Below are positions 42,008-53,737 of a stretch of 64,000 bases of DNA, in pieces. The stretch is from Negaprion brevirostris. Its lineage: Eukaryota. Both the position numbers and the translations under genes were made by a program. How positions within the stretch are numbered: the stretch's first letter is position 1; each line of letters begins with the position of its first letter. The stretch is from positions 84,009,376-84,073,375 of the forward strand of contig JARDVH010000073.1 in NCBI GenBank assembly GCA_030324005.1. The letters run 5' to 3'. The notes below the pieces were generated by a model. The model worked only from the letters and a program-made list of their open reading frames with translations. It was not told the origin of the DNA and did not search any database.

Positions 42008-43249
42008 CTGCAGAAGAAACATTAGAAAAAATGAAATGTTGAGAAATGTTTCTTTTACAAAATAAAAATTTTCCTGTTGTAAGTGTGAAGTGTAAAGTTA
42101 ATTAAATCTTTTCACCATTAGCCAATGGTTCGATATCAAACTTTCTCAACCATGTTCTCATTCATCTCTGCTTTGAATCATGAGGAACACAAATTTGAGC
42201 AAGCTACAGTGACAGCAAACTTTCAACTCTTCTTTGCTTTCATGTATGGAAAGATTTATTGGGCAGGATTCCCTACCAGTGTTCGCTATGGGTGAAAATG
42301 GTGATGCGGCGTAAGATCTCACAAGATTGCTGAAACGAGAATCTCAGCAGTGAGATCACATTTTCTAATTTAACCTACCCCTTGCCAGAGACGTAACGAG
42401 GTTCCCACCCAGAAATGTCAGTGTCATATATGTATATTGGGGTATGTACATGTCCCTTTAAGTGCTGGTCATGTGTGGGAAGGGGGGAGGAGTGGGGCTT
42501 AAGTCAGAACCCAGTTAACCAGTCTTGGGTTTGACTGCGGGATAGTACACATGTCTAATAAGAAGGTTCCCATTGTTTAAGTTTACGAGGCATACTTCAT
42601 GTTCTTTTTCCACAATACTTTGCTAAATACAAACATAACAGCCAGCTGCAGGAAATGCATATGTGAATGTTAGCTGTTGTCCTGAGTATAAATTACTAAA
42701 TTAAAGGGCTTCCTTGCCATACGTTCCCTCCCCACATTAAAAGTTCCCTGCTTGAGAATTCCTTCATTGCCGGTGTGATGCACAGGGAAGTCTAGCTCCT
42801 CCAGAGGGAGGGGGACATGCCCCGCATTACCCTGGCATTGCCACTGGCACTGCCCTGGCACTGGAACTGCTCTGTCACAGGTCAGCAAAGTAAAAGCATT
42901 TGGACTAGAAATTGGGTTACTCAGTTTTTCAGCTGCAGGCAGACATAAGTCTGACAGTGGGGAAATCTTCTGATTTTAGTATCGGCTCTGGTGAAAAAAA
43001 CAGGCATGCATCTCTAAAGCTGCAATTCCTTTGGAGATGAGCCGCACATAAATTTGGTGCTCTCACCTATTTACCATGGTCGTGGAGTGGAACAGAGCAA
43101 TTTCCTGCTGCTGGCTGCCTCTTTGTAAATGTCATTGGCCATTGTACTCAGCAGGAGTCGGATCAGCTTTGTACTAATAGCACATGGTGCAGCCTCTCTG
43201 CCTCTTCTTAAATGCAGTCAGTCCTTCTTAAAGGGAAGATGGGCTAAAT

Positions 43250-44010
43250 AATATTGCTGCAATTTCATGGGAAATGAAAATGAAAATGGTCTGGATTGAT
43301 GTGGTGATGGATGTGTGCAGGAGGAGAGAACAAAGAACAAAACGAGCCCGCGCCACCATCTCAACACCACCAGTCCCCCTCTCCCCCCACAACCCCTGTC
43401 ATGGTTCAGTGGAAAAGCCAGGTACCCTCAAGGACTGCCCTCGAAGTAACAGCAGATAGTCAAGGAGGTAAATTACTAGTATTTGGATCTGAGGATCTGG
43501 CAATTTAATGATCTTGCACAGGTCAATGATGCACATTACATTTCCTACCCACCACAACAGCAGTCTCTCATGTTGCTCAATGCACCCCACCATCATCATT
43601 TACCTAGCAGTATTCCCTGGTACTCAGGGCATACATCTAACATTCACATACTGCATTTCACCCTCACACACTTAACAGTCCTGAAAATCTCACCTCCACC
43701 TCTTAGTATCGCCACATATCTCCAGCTATTCAATTATGGAAGGCACATGGCCCAAATACAGAGGCCAGAATTTTCCCATCCCGCCCGCCACGGGAACTGT
43801 AGTGGGCAGGGCACAAGCCATGTAAAGGTCCACTGATCACGGGTGGGATTCTCTGGTTTTAAGACGAGTGCGGCCGGAGAATCCCACCCAATGTGTCATG
43901 ACCAATGAAATCTGCCCTCTCTTGTAGGATAAGGTGGCCTGTAATAGGAGGGAGTAGAGCATGCAGAGGTGGGCAAGAAGGACATTGCAACTCCTGAGGC
44001 CATATTATCT
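43250..44010 (+). mobile_element. Second, more degraded Harbinger Myb/SANT-like relic, with a MITE inserted at 43762-43889
   Basis: VMDVCRRRE, then QFNDLAQV, then ag|DKVACNRRE*..GGQ; parallels the segments at 24500-26250. Confidence 0.45.
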
Positions 44011-44144
44011 GGTGTCACTGAAATCACTGAAATTCCAGCACACCCTCATCTTGCAATCTGATATGATGTGCAAACTGCCAATTGACATTACGTTTCCCAC
44101 CCCACCTTCCTTCATCCATAACAATCTTTCCCTTTTGATTCAAA

Positions 44145-44730
44145 AGCGAAATACTGCAGATACTGGAAATCTGAAATAGAGATGCAAAATGCTGGAAATA
44201 TTCAGTAGGTCTGTAAACATCTGTTAAGAGAGAAACAGAATTCCATTTCAGGTTAATTATCTTTCATCAGAATTGGGAAATGTTAGACATGTAATAAGTT
44301 TCAAATGTATCAAATAGGGGAGAATGGAAAAATCACAAAAAGGAAATTCAGTGATATGGTGGAAGACAGAAATCTCTGCCCCCATTTTGTTTCTTTGATT
44401 CTTAATCTCATATGTCTCTTTTTTGTTTTCAAGTGGCAGCTGTTCATTATTCTGCCATTCATGCCTCCACCAGTCACATCTTTTGTTTCTTTACTTGCCC
44501 CATTACTGCTCCCTTTAGCTCTCCCTTCCAACTCTTCCACCCTGTCAGGTCTAAAAGGCCTTCCCATTTACTCTTTTACCCAGCTCCCCCATTTGAACCA
44601 CTTGAAAGCTGACAAATTTCTAACTTCTCCCAGTCCCAATGAAGGGTCATCATCCTAAAATGCAAATCTGACTCTCACTCAACAGATGTTGCCTCACTTG
44701 TTGAGTTTTTCAGTATTTTCTGTTTTCCTT
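44145..44730. mobile_element. Two inverted copies of a Penelope-like terminal repeat with decayed hammerhead motifs; further copies at about 24018-24145 and 36375-36475
   Basis: aaatactgcagatactggaaatctgaaata..tttcatcagaatt at 44149-44275, mirrored by ..aatgaagggtcatc..acagatgttgcc..tcagtattttctgtttt at 44635-44726. Confidence 0.6.
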
Positions 44731-46058
44731 TGACTTCTGATCTCCTATTTTCAGATTGCCAAGAACTGCCACCTTCACTTACTTTTTTCTGTCACTTTTT
44801 TCCCTCTCTGTGGGCAAGATATTTCATGCAACCCATTGTGCATTTTGTGAAGGTGGCCTGCTTTTGGTTGCTGGCAGGATCTTCTGTTCCTGCCATTCTC
44901 AACGGGGTTTCCCAATGAATGCGCCCCTCGCCACCATGATGGGGGTGCACCATCTGCGGGACTGGAAGATTCCTCAGTGTTTACAGCATATATCTTTCTT
45001 TCTGTATCTCACTTGACTTTAATTCACCCTATGTTTTGCCCCACCATTTGCTCTGTTTCTTTCTCTATTGTTAAACGTCAGTGGGTAATAAGATTGCTCA
45101 TTGAACTGATGTTCATTGATGTCACTATGCCATTGTCAATTTTCATCTCCAGCAATTTTATGGTTTGAAGGGCAAGGCAAAAACACCCAATAAGGGAACT
45201 AAGCATAAGGCACCCCTCATACCTCCTCTTCAACAATTTCTGGATACATTCTGAAATTAAATGATCCATAAGTATGACAACAGGCAGGACTCTCCACTCT
45301 CGTACGCCCCACCACCACTGCCAGCGAGAATGGAGAATTTGTCGCTGGGTAAAGCTCCATTCACAGCAGTGGGACCAGAGAATCCCAGCAGCAGGCAAGG
45401 TTATAGAATTCCAGCCTTGATTGTTCCAATACCTCCTCATCTCTTGATACCACTTCAAAACTGATTGCAAATCAATATAATAGAAATTAATTTCAAGTCA
45501 ATACTTCGGCCTGGAACCTTGTTGCTCAGCTCACTTATTGGAATAATCTGACACAGTGGGTGGGATTTTATGGCCTCACTCATCCCAAAACTGTAAAACT
45601 CCGCCTGAGGTCAACAGACTTTCCCATTGTCTGCTCTTCGCCCGCTCCAATTGCCGTGGTGGGAGGGGTGGTAAAATTCTGTCAGTGAATGAGCTTTTCT
45701 GCCTTGCCCATGGCAAGTTTCTGGGCGGCAAGAAACAGTCCAGTGTTGGATGGGGGTTGGGAATGGATCTTCTGGTCCAGCATGGGGTGGATTTATATTG
45801 AATCCACCCCCTGCCACTTGAAAACCCACGGCAGAGGTTCACCACCTGTGGTCCAGAAGATCGGACCAATAGGAAAAGCCAGAAAATCTCGCCCAGTATA
45901 ATACTTCTACCACTCTCGGAAAAAAGAATGGTTTGATGCAAATTCTTTGGTTAAATATTTTTAATGTACCACTCTGTTTTAGGAAAAGAACATCAGATTC
46001 CTTCAATACATGTTATGATCTGATTTGTAAAGGATTACTTATTACAAAACAAAATAAT

Positions 46059-46408
46059 CATAGAATCATAAGAATCATAGAATCATAGAAACCCTACAGT
46101 GCAGAAAGAGGCCATTTGGCCCATTGAATCTGCATTGACCACAATCCCACCCAGGCCCTACCCCCATAACCCCACATACTTACCCACTAATCCCTCTAGC
46201 CTGTGCATCACAGGACACTAAGGGGCAATTTTAGCATGGCCAATCCGCCTAACTTGCACATCTTAGGACTGTGGGAGGAAACCAGAGCACCCTGAGGATA
46301 TCTATGCAGGCACAAGGAGAATGTGCAAACTCCACACAGACAATGACCCTAGCCGGGAATCGAACCCAGGCCGCTAGAGCTGTGAAGTAACAGTGCTAAC
46401 CACTGCTA
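46059..46408 (-). mobile_element. HE1/V-SINE with expanded (CATAGAAT)n tail
   Basis: About four catagaat units, then the SINE body, then the cagtgctaaccactg head. Confidence 0.9.
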
Positions 46409-46831
46409 ATCACTAATCTATAAACTTAATAATTGAGACAGAGACCTAAAAATATACCTTCATTTTCAGCACTGCCCTTGTTCTTTTGAACTTTTCATTT
46501 GTTTTTTTAATGATTTTTAAAAGTCTTACCAGCAACACTACAGTGCATTATCTTGGCTGCACATAAAATCCATATGACATTGGCATCACAAATATTCTCT
46601 AATGACCAAAGCTCGAAGGTTCCAGCCCCTCATGCCCAGTGGAATCTTTTCATCCCACCGATGTGAATGAAGGTTTCAATGGTCCCACAGCGGTGGAGGG
46701 GGCTGGAAAATTCCAGCCTAATTTGAACTGGTATTCCATAAAGACATCCAAATCACCTTAGCAGTAAAGCCAAACAGATTGGAATATGATCAAGACTAAT
46801 AATAACCACGTTCACTTCATCCAAGACTCAC

Positions 46832-46956
46832 CAGATTGCTGATGCATGTCACATGGGTCTACCTCAGGAACGTTGGTACCTGGGTTACATGCTGTGGAGA
46901 TTCTCCAGGAATTGGCAAACAGCTGTGGTGTGCTTTCAATCATTCCCCCAGGGGAC
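46832..46956 (-). CDS. otog: otogelin exon (125 nt), VWD2 end and linker: SPGGMIESTPQLFANSWRISTACNPGTNVPEVDPCDMHQQS
   Basis: Acceptor tttgtgaag, donor gtgagt; phase 2 to 1; STPQLF.NSW and DPCD motifs. Confidence 0.92.
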
Positions 46957-47094
46957 CTTCACAAATGGTAATGAAAATAAGATGGAAGGAAACATTGGGT
47001 GCAGTACAACACAAGGCTGTCAATTTGCTATTACCCATCTTCCATTATCGCCAATTAACATCTTACTAGTTTTAATAGGTAATAGATAAATGGT

Positions 47095-47470
47095 AAGATA
47101 AGCCAGAATAATCCCAGATGACTATAGGCTGCTCTCCCCTTTGAGGGAGAAAGCTGACTGGTGATGATTTAACCTGGGATGATCACATCTTAGGAGAAGG
47201 GCAAGCTAGAGAAGGCATGCCTTCATGAATAAACTCAACTGGTACAAGATTGAACCCGTGCTGTTGGCGTCGTTCTGCATCACAAACCAGCTGTCCAGCC
47301 AACTGGGCTTTAGTTGATTAGTGACCAGAGTGATGCTAACAATGCATGCTCAATTCCCATACTAGCTTAGGTTATTCATGAAGGTCTGCCTTCTCAACCT
47401 TGTCCTGTGCCTGAGGTATGGTGATTTTCACATTAAATCACCGCCAGTCAAATCTCCCATTGAAGGGGAA
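47095..47470. mobile_element. Two head-to-head copies of an older tRNA-derived SINE; another copy at about 34850-35010
   Basis: 47130-47308 is the reverse complement of 47310-47470 (e.g. gagaaggcatgccttcatgaataa vs ttattcatgaaggtctgccttctc). Confidence 0.7.
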
Positions 47471-48339
47471 ATCATAATAATAGATAATAGAAACACCATG
47501 TTTTGCATAATTCTGCAAATAGCTTTAAATTCTCAAAATAATATTGTGAGAAAACATTCAATATGATTTTACATTGGCTGGATGTTGCATACCAACTGCA
47601 TCATTGTGGGGAAGTGCCAAGAATTTAATATAAGAAAAGGAAATTGAAAAACCAAGAAACCATTCCACCACCTAGGAATGGACTATAAAGCAGAGGCCTA
47701 ATAGTATATCTGCATTTTCTCTTGGTTTACGATGCTGTGTGGTGAGAATAAAAATAATTAAAGTACATCCCCTGACAGGAAAATAATGTAACGATGACCC
47801 ATTAGGGTAATATCAGCATATAATAACAGCTAATTACCAATGGTTACAGAAACAACTGAGGATATCGCTATGTTCCAGGTAACTTGGCTCAGCTGAGCCC
47901 AATTATTTTTTTAAAGCTCTATCCTTCAACTATAAACCTTTGCCCTCATTGCAGCAGGATAATTAATCATTTTTTATTCCTTGCTGAGTTTTCTGACTAA
48001 AACTCAAGGCTGAAATTTTCAGACCATCCGATCATGTCAACAGGATTTTCCCATCCTACTGCCGTGAATGGAGATTTGGCTTGTCACCAAAATCTCTATC
48101 TTCACTACAGCGGGACCATGGCATGAACTGGCTGTAAGATCACGTCCCACTTTTCTGTTGCAATGAACTGAGAAATAAAGGCAATTTTCTTACATCAGGT
48201 CTTTAACAAATGAACTAGATATTTCAGTACATCAATATCTATCTGCACCTTATTATAATGCACCTTCATAAATTTCTAGAAAATCTTATTGCTTATGTAA
48301 TTGATTATAAAAAATATCAAATTAGTTCTTTTCACTGGG

Positions 48340-49200
48340 CCAATTCTTCCGAGCAGTAGCAGTGACAAGTGGTTTGCAATTGCACTCAGATTCTCCCAAC
48401 ACAATGCTGCTGCACATTTCTTCTAGAATTTTCAGATCTCAGCTTTCACAGGAAAGCTGAACTTCCTGTGTACTTCAGGAAACACTGTTTGAGCAGAGTG
48501 GTATCAGAGGGAAACAGCTCTGGGCCTTTTTAAGGTATTAGCTGCTGCTTGGCAAGCTTAAATGCCCAGTCTTTGAATGTGAGTGAATAGATGGGCGAAT
48601 GAGTGAGTTGGATAAACGGATATGGTAGGTGGGTAAGTGAGTAAGTTTGTAGGTGGATAAGTGGCTAGGTGAATAGAGTGAGTGAAGAGAAGGTGAGTAA
48701 GTGGATGGGTGGATATGGGGATGAGTTGGGTAATTGGGTGGTTGGGTCAAAGGGGTACTCAGGTTGGGTCAGTGGAGATAGTCGGGTCAGGCTCGGAGAG
48801 ATAGTGAGATTGGGGCCAGGAAGGTAGTCAGGACTGGTTGATGAGTAATTGGCTCAGGTCAAGGGGACAGCCAAGGGATAATCTAGTGGTAAGTGTGGCA
48901 GTCACGGGGTTGGGAAGGGATAACTGGGTAGTTGGTTGTGGAGGTATCCAGGTGTTAGACCAGGTTTCAATCAATCTAGCAATTCCTGGCTAACTATCCA
49001 GCTAATCCACCCAGATCTATCTAACTCAAAGTCAGAGACATTCAGGGAGGGTCACAGGCAACAGCGGAATTGCCCTCAAGAGGTTTAAAATTCCTGCATA
49101 AAATTCCCACTCAAGTCCAATGTCAAGATTTTCACAGAGTCCTGAGGTTTATTTTGAGAATTACACCGAGTCTGTAACAATCTGGGGACTAGAAGATTTG
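48340..49200 (+). mobile_element. Degenerate dispersed repeat with a G-rich interior; homologues at about 20630-21360 (-) and 1-360
   Basis: Shared segments such as aaact/aaattcc...aattcccac..gtc..atttc..agagtcc; low-complexity GGGT-rich core. Confidence 0.45.
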
Positions 49201-49764
49201 GTTTATTATAAAATCTTACGTATGTATTTATCGTGGAAATTGTCTATGTAAGCTGACAACTTTACAATTATACAATTTGACCACCAGGTGGCTTTTCAGA
49301 ATATTAAAAGCAAGCAAAATTATTTTGAAAATTATTCCTCTAATTCATCCATTTAACTTTAGCTTAGGATAGCTTAATTTAGATTTTCAGTCTCCAGCTC
49401 AGATAAATTATTAATTTCTTTGAGAAAGATAACTTATAATTTGCTTTATGGGCTAAAGTAGTAGAATAAAATGTCAATTTATCCTATACTTCAGGTACCA
49501 TGTGAGCACCTGGTACAAATGAAGAATGGGCATATGTTTGGCACATAAGGGTTGAAGTTCCTGCCAAGCTTCAGACATAGATATGAAATAAAACCCCATT
49601 ACTCAACTGCAGTAGTGTCAGAAATTAATCCTTGTTGAAAACAAACACAAAGGTTTAGATACAAAAATTTTCTGATCATGACTACTATTCTTTGTAGCCA
49701 AATTGTAGTCAGTCATTAAGTTCTAATCAAAGCCAATTAACCTCAAAGCATGACAAATACTCAC

Positions 49765-49942
49765 AAGAAATCGTCCTGAATATTGCCATTGAACGTTCCA
49801 CAGAGTCCAATGGTATCCTCTTTCCATCTCACATCCACCTGGATGTAGAGCCGCCTCCCCTCTCTATCATACTGCAAACGCAGTCCAAAGTCTGTCTTAA
49901 TTTGCACAAACATAGAGCTAAGCTCAGTGACTTCAAACAAAT
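49765..49942 (-). CDS. otog: otogelin exon (178 nt), VWD2: [59 protein letters not shown](L)
   Basis: Acceptor tttaacag, donor gtgagt; phase 1 to 2; [12 protein letters not shown] motif. Confidence 0.95.
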
Positions 49943-51490
49943 CTGTTAAAAAACAAGGAAGTGTATTATTGAGGATATGGTGTGAAATTTCTGTTTGAGT
50001 AGGTTGATGTCAAACTGATTGTACTAATTGGCTGAGTTTTACCAAGTCTGTTGGGTGCAATGCCAACAGCAATTAGGTTAGCTATGTGTCTCAAATTCAC
50101 ATACGCACAATGGATCTCATCATAAATTGTTAAATGTAGGGCACTTGAATTGCGGAATTGTGAGTGGTGAGGAGAAAATAAAGAGGCTTCAAGGGGATTT
50201 AGACAGGTTGAGTGAGTGGGTAAATACATGGCAGATGCAGTATAACATAGATAACAGAGAAGTTATCACTTGAGTGGGCATAATTGCATCATTGGTTAGT
50301 CTTCAAGCATGTCAATTGACTTACAAGTGTTTGCTGATCCTCCCCACCAATACCTTGGAGTTCTCCTAGCCTCGCCCTGTCAATGTTATCCTGGTCTCCC
50401 CTTACTAGGTCCTCTGGCAACCTGGAATCTTCCCACCAGTACTCTGAAATCTGCCCCTAGGGTCCCTGGAACCTTCCCCCAGGTATCCTGGAGTCTTCCC
50501 TACCCAGGTATCCCAATCAAAAGATGGTTACTCCCAGGTCAAAGAATGCTCAGCGCCCACCAACCATTCCCCCCCCAACCCCCGTGCCCACCCCCTCCAG
50601 TCAAAGGCTGCTGAGCCCCTGAGTCAAGCCTTGGTACCACCTCTCCCCACTACATATGCAGAGCTGGTCCACAAGCACTTCCAAACTCCCCTCGGAAGGG
50701 TGATTGCCAGGTGCATGCCTTTCGAAACCATTCATAATTTGTGCCATTCTGACATCAAAAATATATTTTTGGTTAGTTGGGCGGTATGATTCCAGCGTAT
50801 CGGCCTGATAATCAGATGCTAATGTATGCAAATGAGGTTCCCTTCCCTGCCACTGACTTGGGAGAGGAAGTTTGCAACAAGCTTTCACGTCAATGCAAAA
50901 CACGACCTTAGCTTTTTCATGGTATTTTCTGTTCCTGTCATCAAACCCACCCATGCTAGCGGGAGCAGAAAATCCAGGCCAAAGTCATTCCTTGCCTCCT
51001 AGTGCTCTACTCAAATATAAACCATAAAACTCTGATGGAGCCAATGCATCTTGTCTAATCTTAATAGACTTGGACTGTATCAAACATCTAAATAGAAATT
51101 GTCTCTCAAATAAATGCAGAGTTCTCACTCCATCTCAATGATATAAAAATGTACAAATGATTAACACCAGCTCTTGTACTAACAGGTTAAAAAGAAAATA
51201 CTTCTGCCAAGCAAAGCTGGTAGAAACTATACACTCAAAAATTGCTAGTTATCAGGTAATATTTGGAGATCGCAACCCAGTTCTAACAAGTAGCAAATGA
51301 AAATATTTGCTTGTTCAGGAACATATGAATGTGGCTCTGCTTAATTCTTGCAAATGTTCAAGCAGGCAGTTAAGCAAATTGATAGAGACCAAATACAATT
51401 CCTGAAAATGCTTTGGGGTAGCAATATGCGCTTTTTAAAAGATAAAGACATTTTTAAAGATTTTAGCAGCACTAAGTCAATAATTCATAC

Positions 51491-51623
51491 CATCAGTATA
51501 AGGCAAACTGATCCTGTACTGATTAGAATGATACACCTCTCCTGAACGAGTCAATGTCATCTGCTTCTTCACATCTTCATCCACAACCACACTCACTGAC
51601 TGAATACAAGCACCATTTAGATT
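51491..51623 (-). CDS. otog: otogelin exon (133 nt), VWD2: NLNGACIQSVSVVVDEDVKKQMTLTRSGEVYHSNQYRISLPYTD
   Basis: Acceptor ttttctcag, donor gtatga; phase 0 to 1. Confidence 0.93.
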
Positions 51624-53591
51624 CTGAGAAAAGACGCAACAGACACAGTTTAGAATTTCATAATATGTGTGCTTGCTCCATTTACTTTTAGGACATTTAC
51701 ATTGTGATTTCAATCTGTCTGACAGATCTGTTAATTGGGAAAGCTAAATAAAGGGAACACATATTAGACTGGGAATTTCCTCAGTGTTCTCCCAAACATC
51801 TGCCACCACTTCATCAGAAGATTAAGGGAAACTTCATTTATGCAGGATTTCTGCTTGAGACAGCCAAAGGAATATTTGATGATAATCTTAGAATTTGAGC
51901 AGTTAAAGTTGAATCAATGTGAAACTTCTTCACTCAAAGCAGCTTAAGAATGTGGAATACTTTGCCATGAAATACCATAGGTGTAAAGTCAATTGAAATA
52001 TTTCAAAGTGAAATATATAGGACAGAATAGGAACAAAAGGTATTGGGGGTGCGATCTTATGTTCTCGTCCCACCAGTCGATGGGTGGGGTGAGCCAGTAA
52101 GGGTGCAAGAGAGGTGAAACATCAGGTTTGCAATCACTTTCTCATATCTTATGCTCTTATTGGTACCGGACTGCCAGCATGTTAAGTCTTGCTCCTAAAA
52201 AGGGCACATAGCTGATCTCAATATTTAAATACTATGACAAATAAACTTTAAATATTACAAATGAGCCCGGGACACAATCATTACACAGAGCACAGAGCAC
52301 CATGGAAATGCTTCAGCCAATCAGAGTCATCTTGCCAAACAATCAACACTGTTTTCTCCTGAAATCATAATTGCCATGATTGTTTGAAATTTGGCATTCT
52401 CGTGTTAGTCCTGGTGAGTGCAGGACAAAAAGTTTCAGCAGCATGTCTCCCTTTTAACAATAAAAGCATGTTTTCAAATAACAATTGAAAAGGAAAAAAC
52501 AAACACAATACCTTAATAAATAGTACACCCTGTACATTTGGATGACAAAAATGCAGCTTAATTTAGTATCAGGGTGTTACACACTGTTCTGGAAATCAGA
52601 ATAAAAGGCTTTGAAAGGAAATGCACACCTCAGCTGTTCAGAATTCTGAGTAATTATGCTTTTCACTGAAAATGGCCCAGCCAACCAACATGGAAAATAT
52701 CAGAGGGTTTGTTTGATCTATTTGTGTTGTCACAGGTTTCCTGACCTTTGTGAGGTACTTTACAGCATGGGAAATTATCACCATGGTTCAATAATTTTTA
52801 ACTGAATATAAAGAGGGCTAAATGTAAAGATTACCAGAATATTCAGGTACAGTTATGATGGAAAACTATTTCCTTCTCACCATTTTTACTGCCTAGAGTG
52901 GATATTAAATATTCACCAGTGGTAGCAATAAAAAGTTGAAATGTATGGAGAAAAACCAGAAAAGGAGTGAAATTCAAGCCAACAATAATTCCTTGTTCTA
53001 GGTGAATTGTCTCTTTCATGACATTACATCAATCCATGTTCAGCAGGTGTTTTCATATCAACTGCTGTCTCTTTCACCAACCACTTTGCAAACTTCTTTT
53101 ATCCTAGCCTGCTCTCATCATCCACACCATCAAAGTCATTGGCGTTTCAACAGACACAGATAAGGTTCCATTGACTCAACTTCTTGTCCAATTGATTGTC
53201 CTAGATGTGTCTGCAAATTTCACATGATTCTTAAATCTACATAGTCTTGGTGAATATCACTTTCATCAGCTTCCTGGCACCAGAAGATTGCTGGCTTTGT
53301 GGTTAAAGAGTTAGAAACCTTGCAGGTTTTCTTTCAGGTGAAATGTGATGGCCTCGATTGTGCCATTTAGTAATGATAAGCTGAAAGGCTTTTATCTCAG
53401 AAGAGGTATGCAGCAAAGTCCAGTTATTCAATTTCCAACACCAATCATTACTCCTATCTTATTTTTCTCCAACCGACCTCTTTATATGTTTACTTTCCTT
53501 CAATCCTGTTTTATTGTGCAAAATCAATTTTGTTCAATCCCCTTCTTCTTTCAGACCTTCTGTTTAAGAACAAAAACAAACTGTTTCTTAC

Positions 53592-53737
53592 TGTGCCACA
53601 CTGAGAGTTTTGGAGGCTGATAGTAAATTTTCCAGAGTTATGGCTCTTTGCCAGAATGTATTGGCATGTAGCATGGAAGGTGTACACCCGCTCATCAAAT
53701 GTCTTGAAGTGAATATCTCCAGTTACTGAGCACTCCG
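53592..53737 (-). CDS. otog: otogelin exon (146 nt), VWD2 start: [49 protein letters not shown]
   Basis: Acceptor ttctag, donor gtaaga; phase 1 to 0; VWD N-terminal motif. Confidence 0.95.

Noticed and set aside
42422-42617. Possible solo LTR inside a TIR element
   Set aside because: It has a TGT start and LTR-like composition, but no clear CA terminus or TSD.
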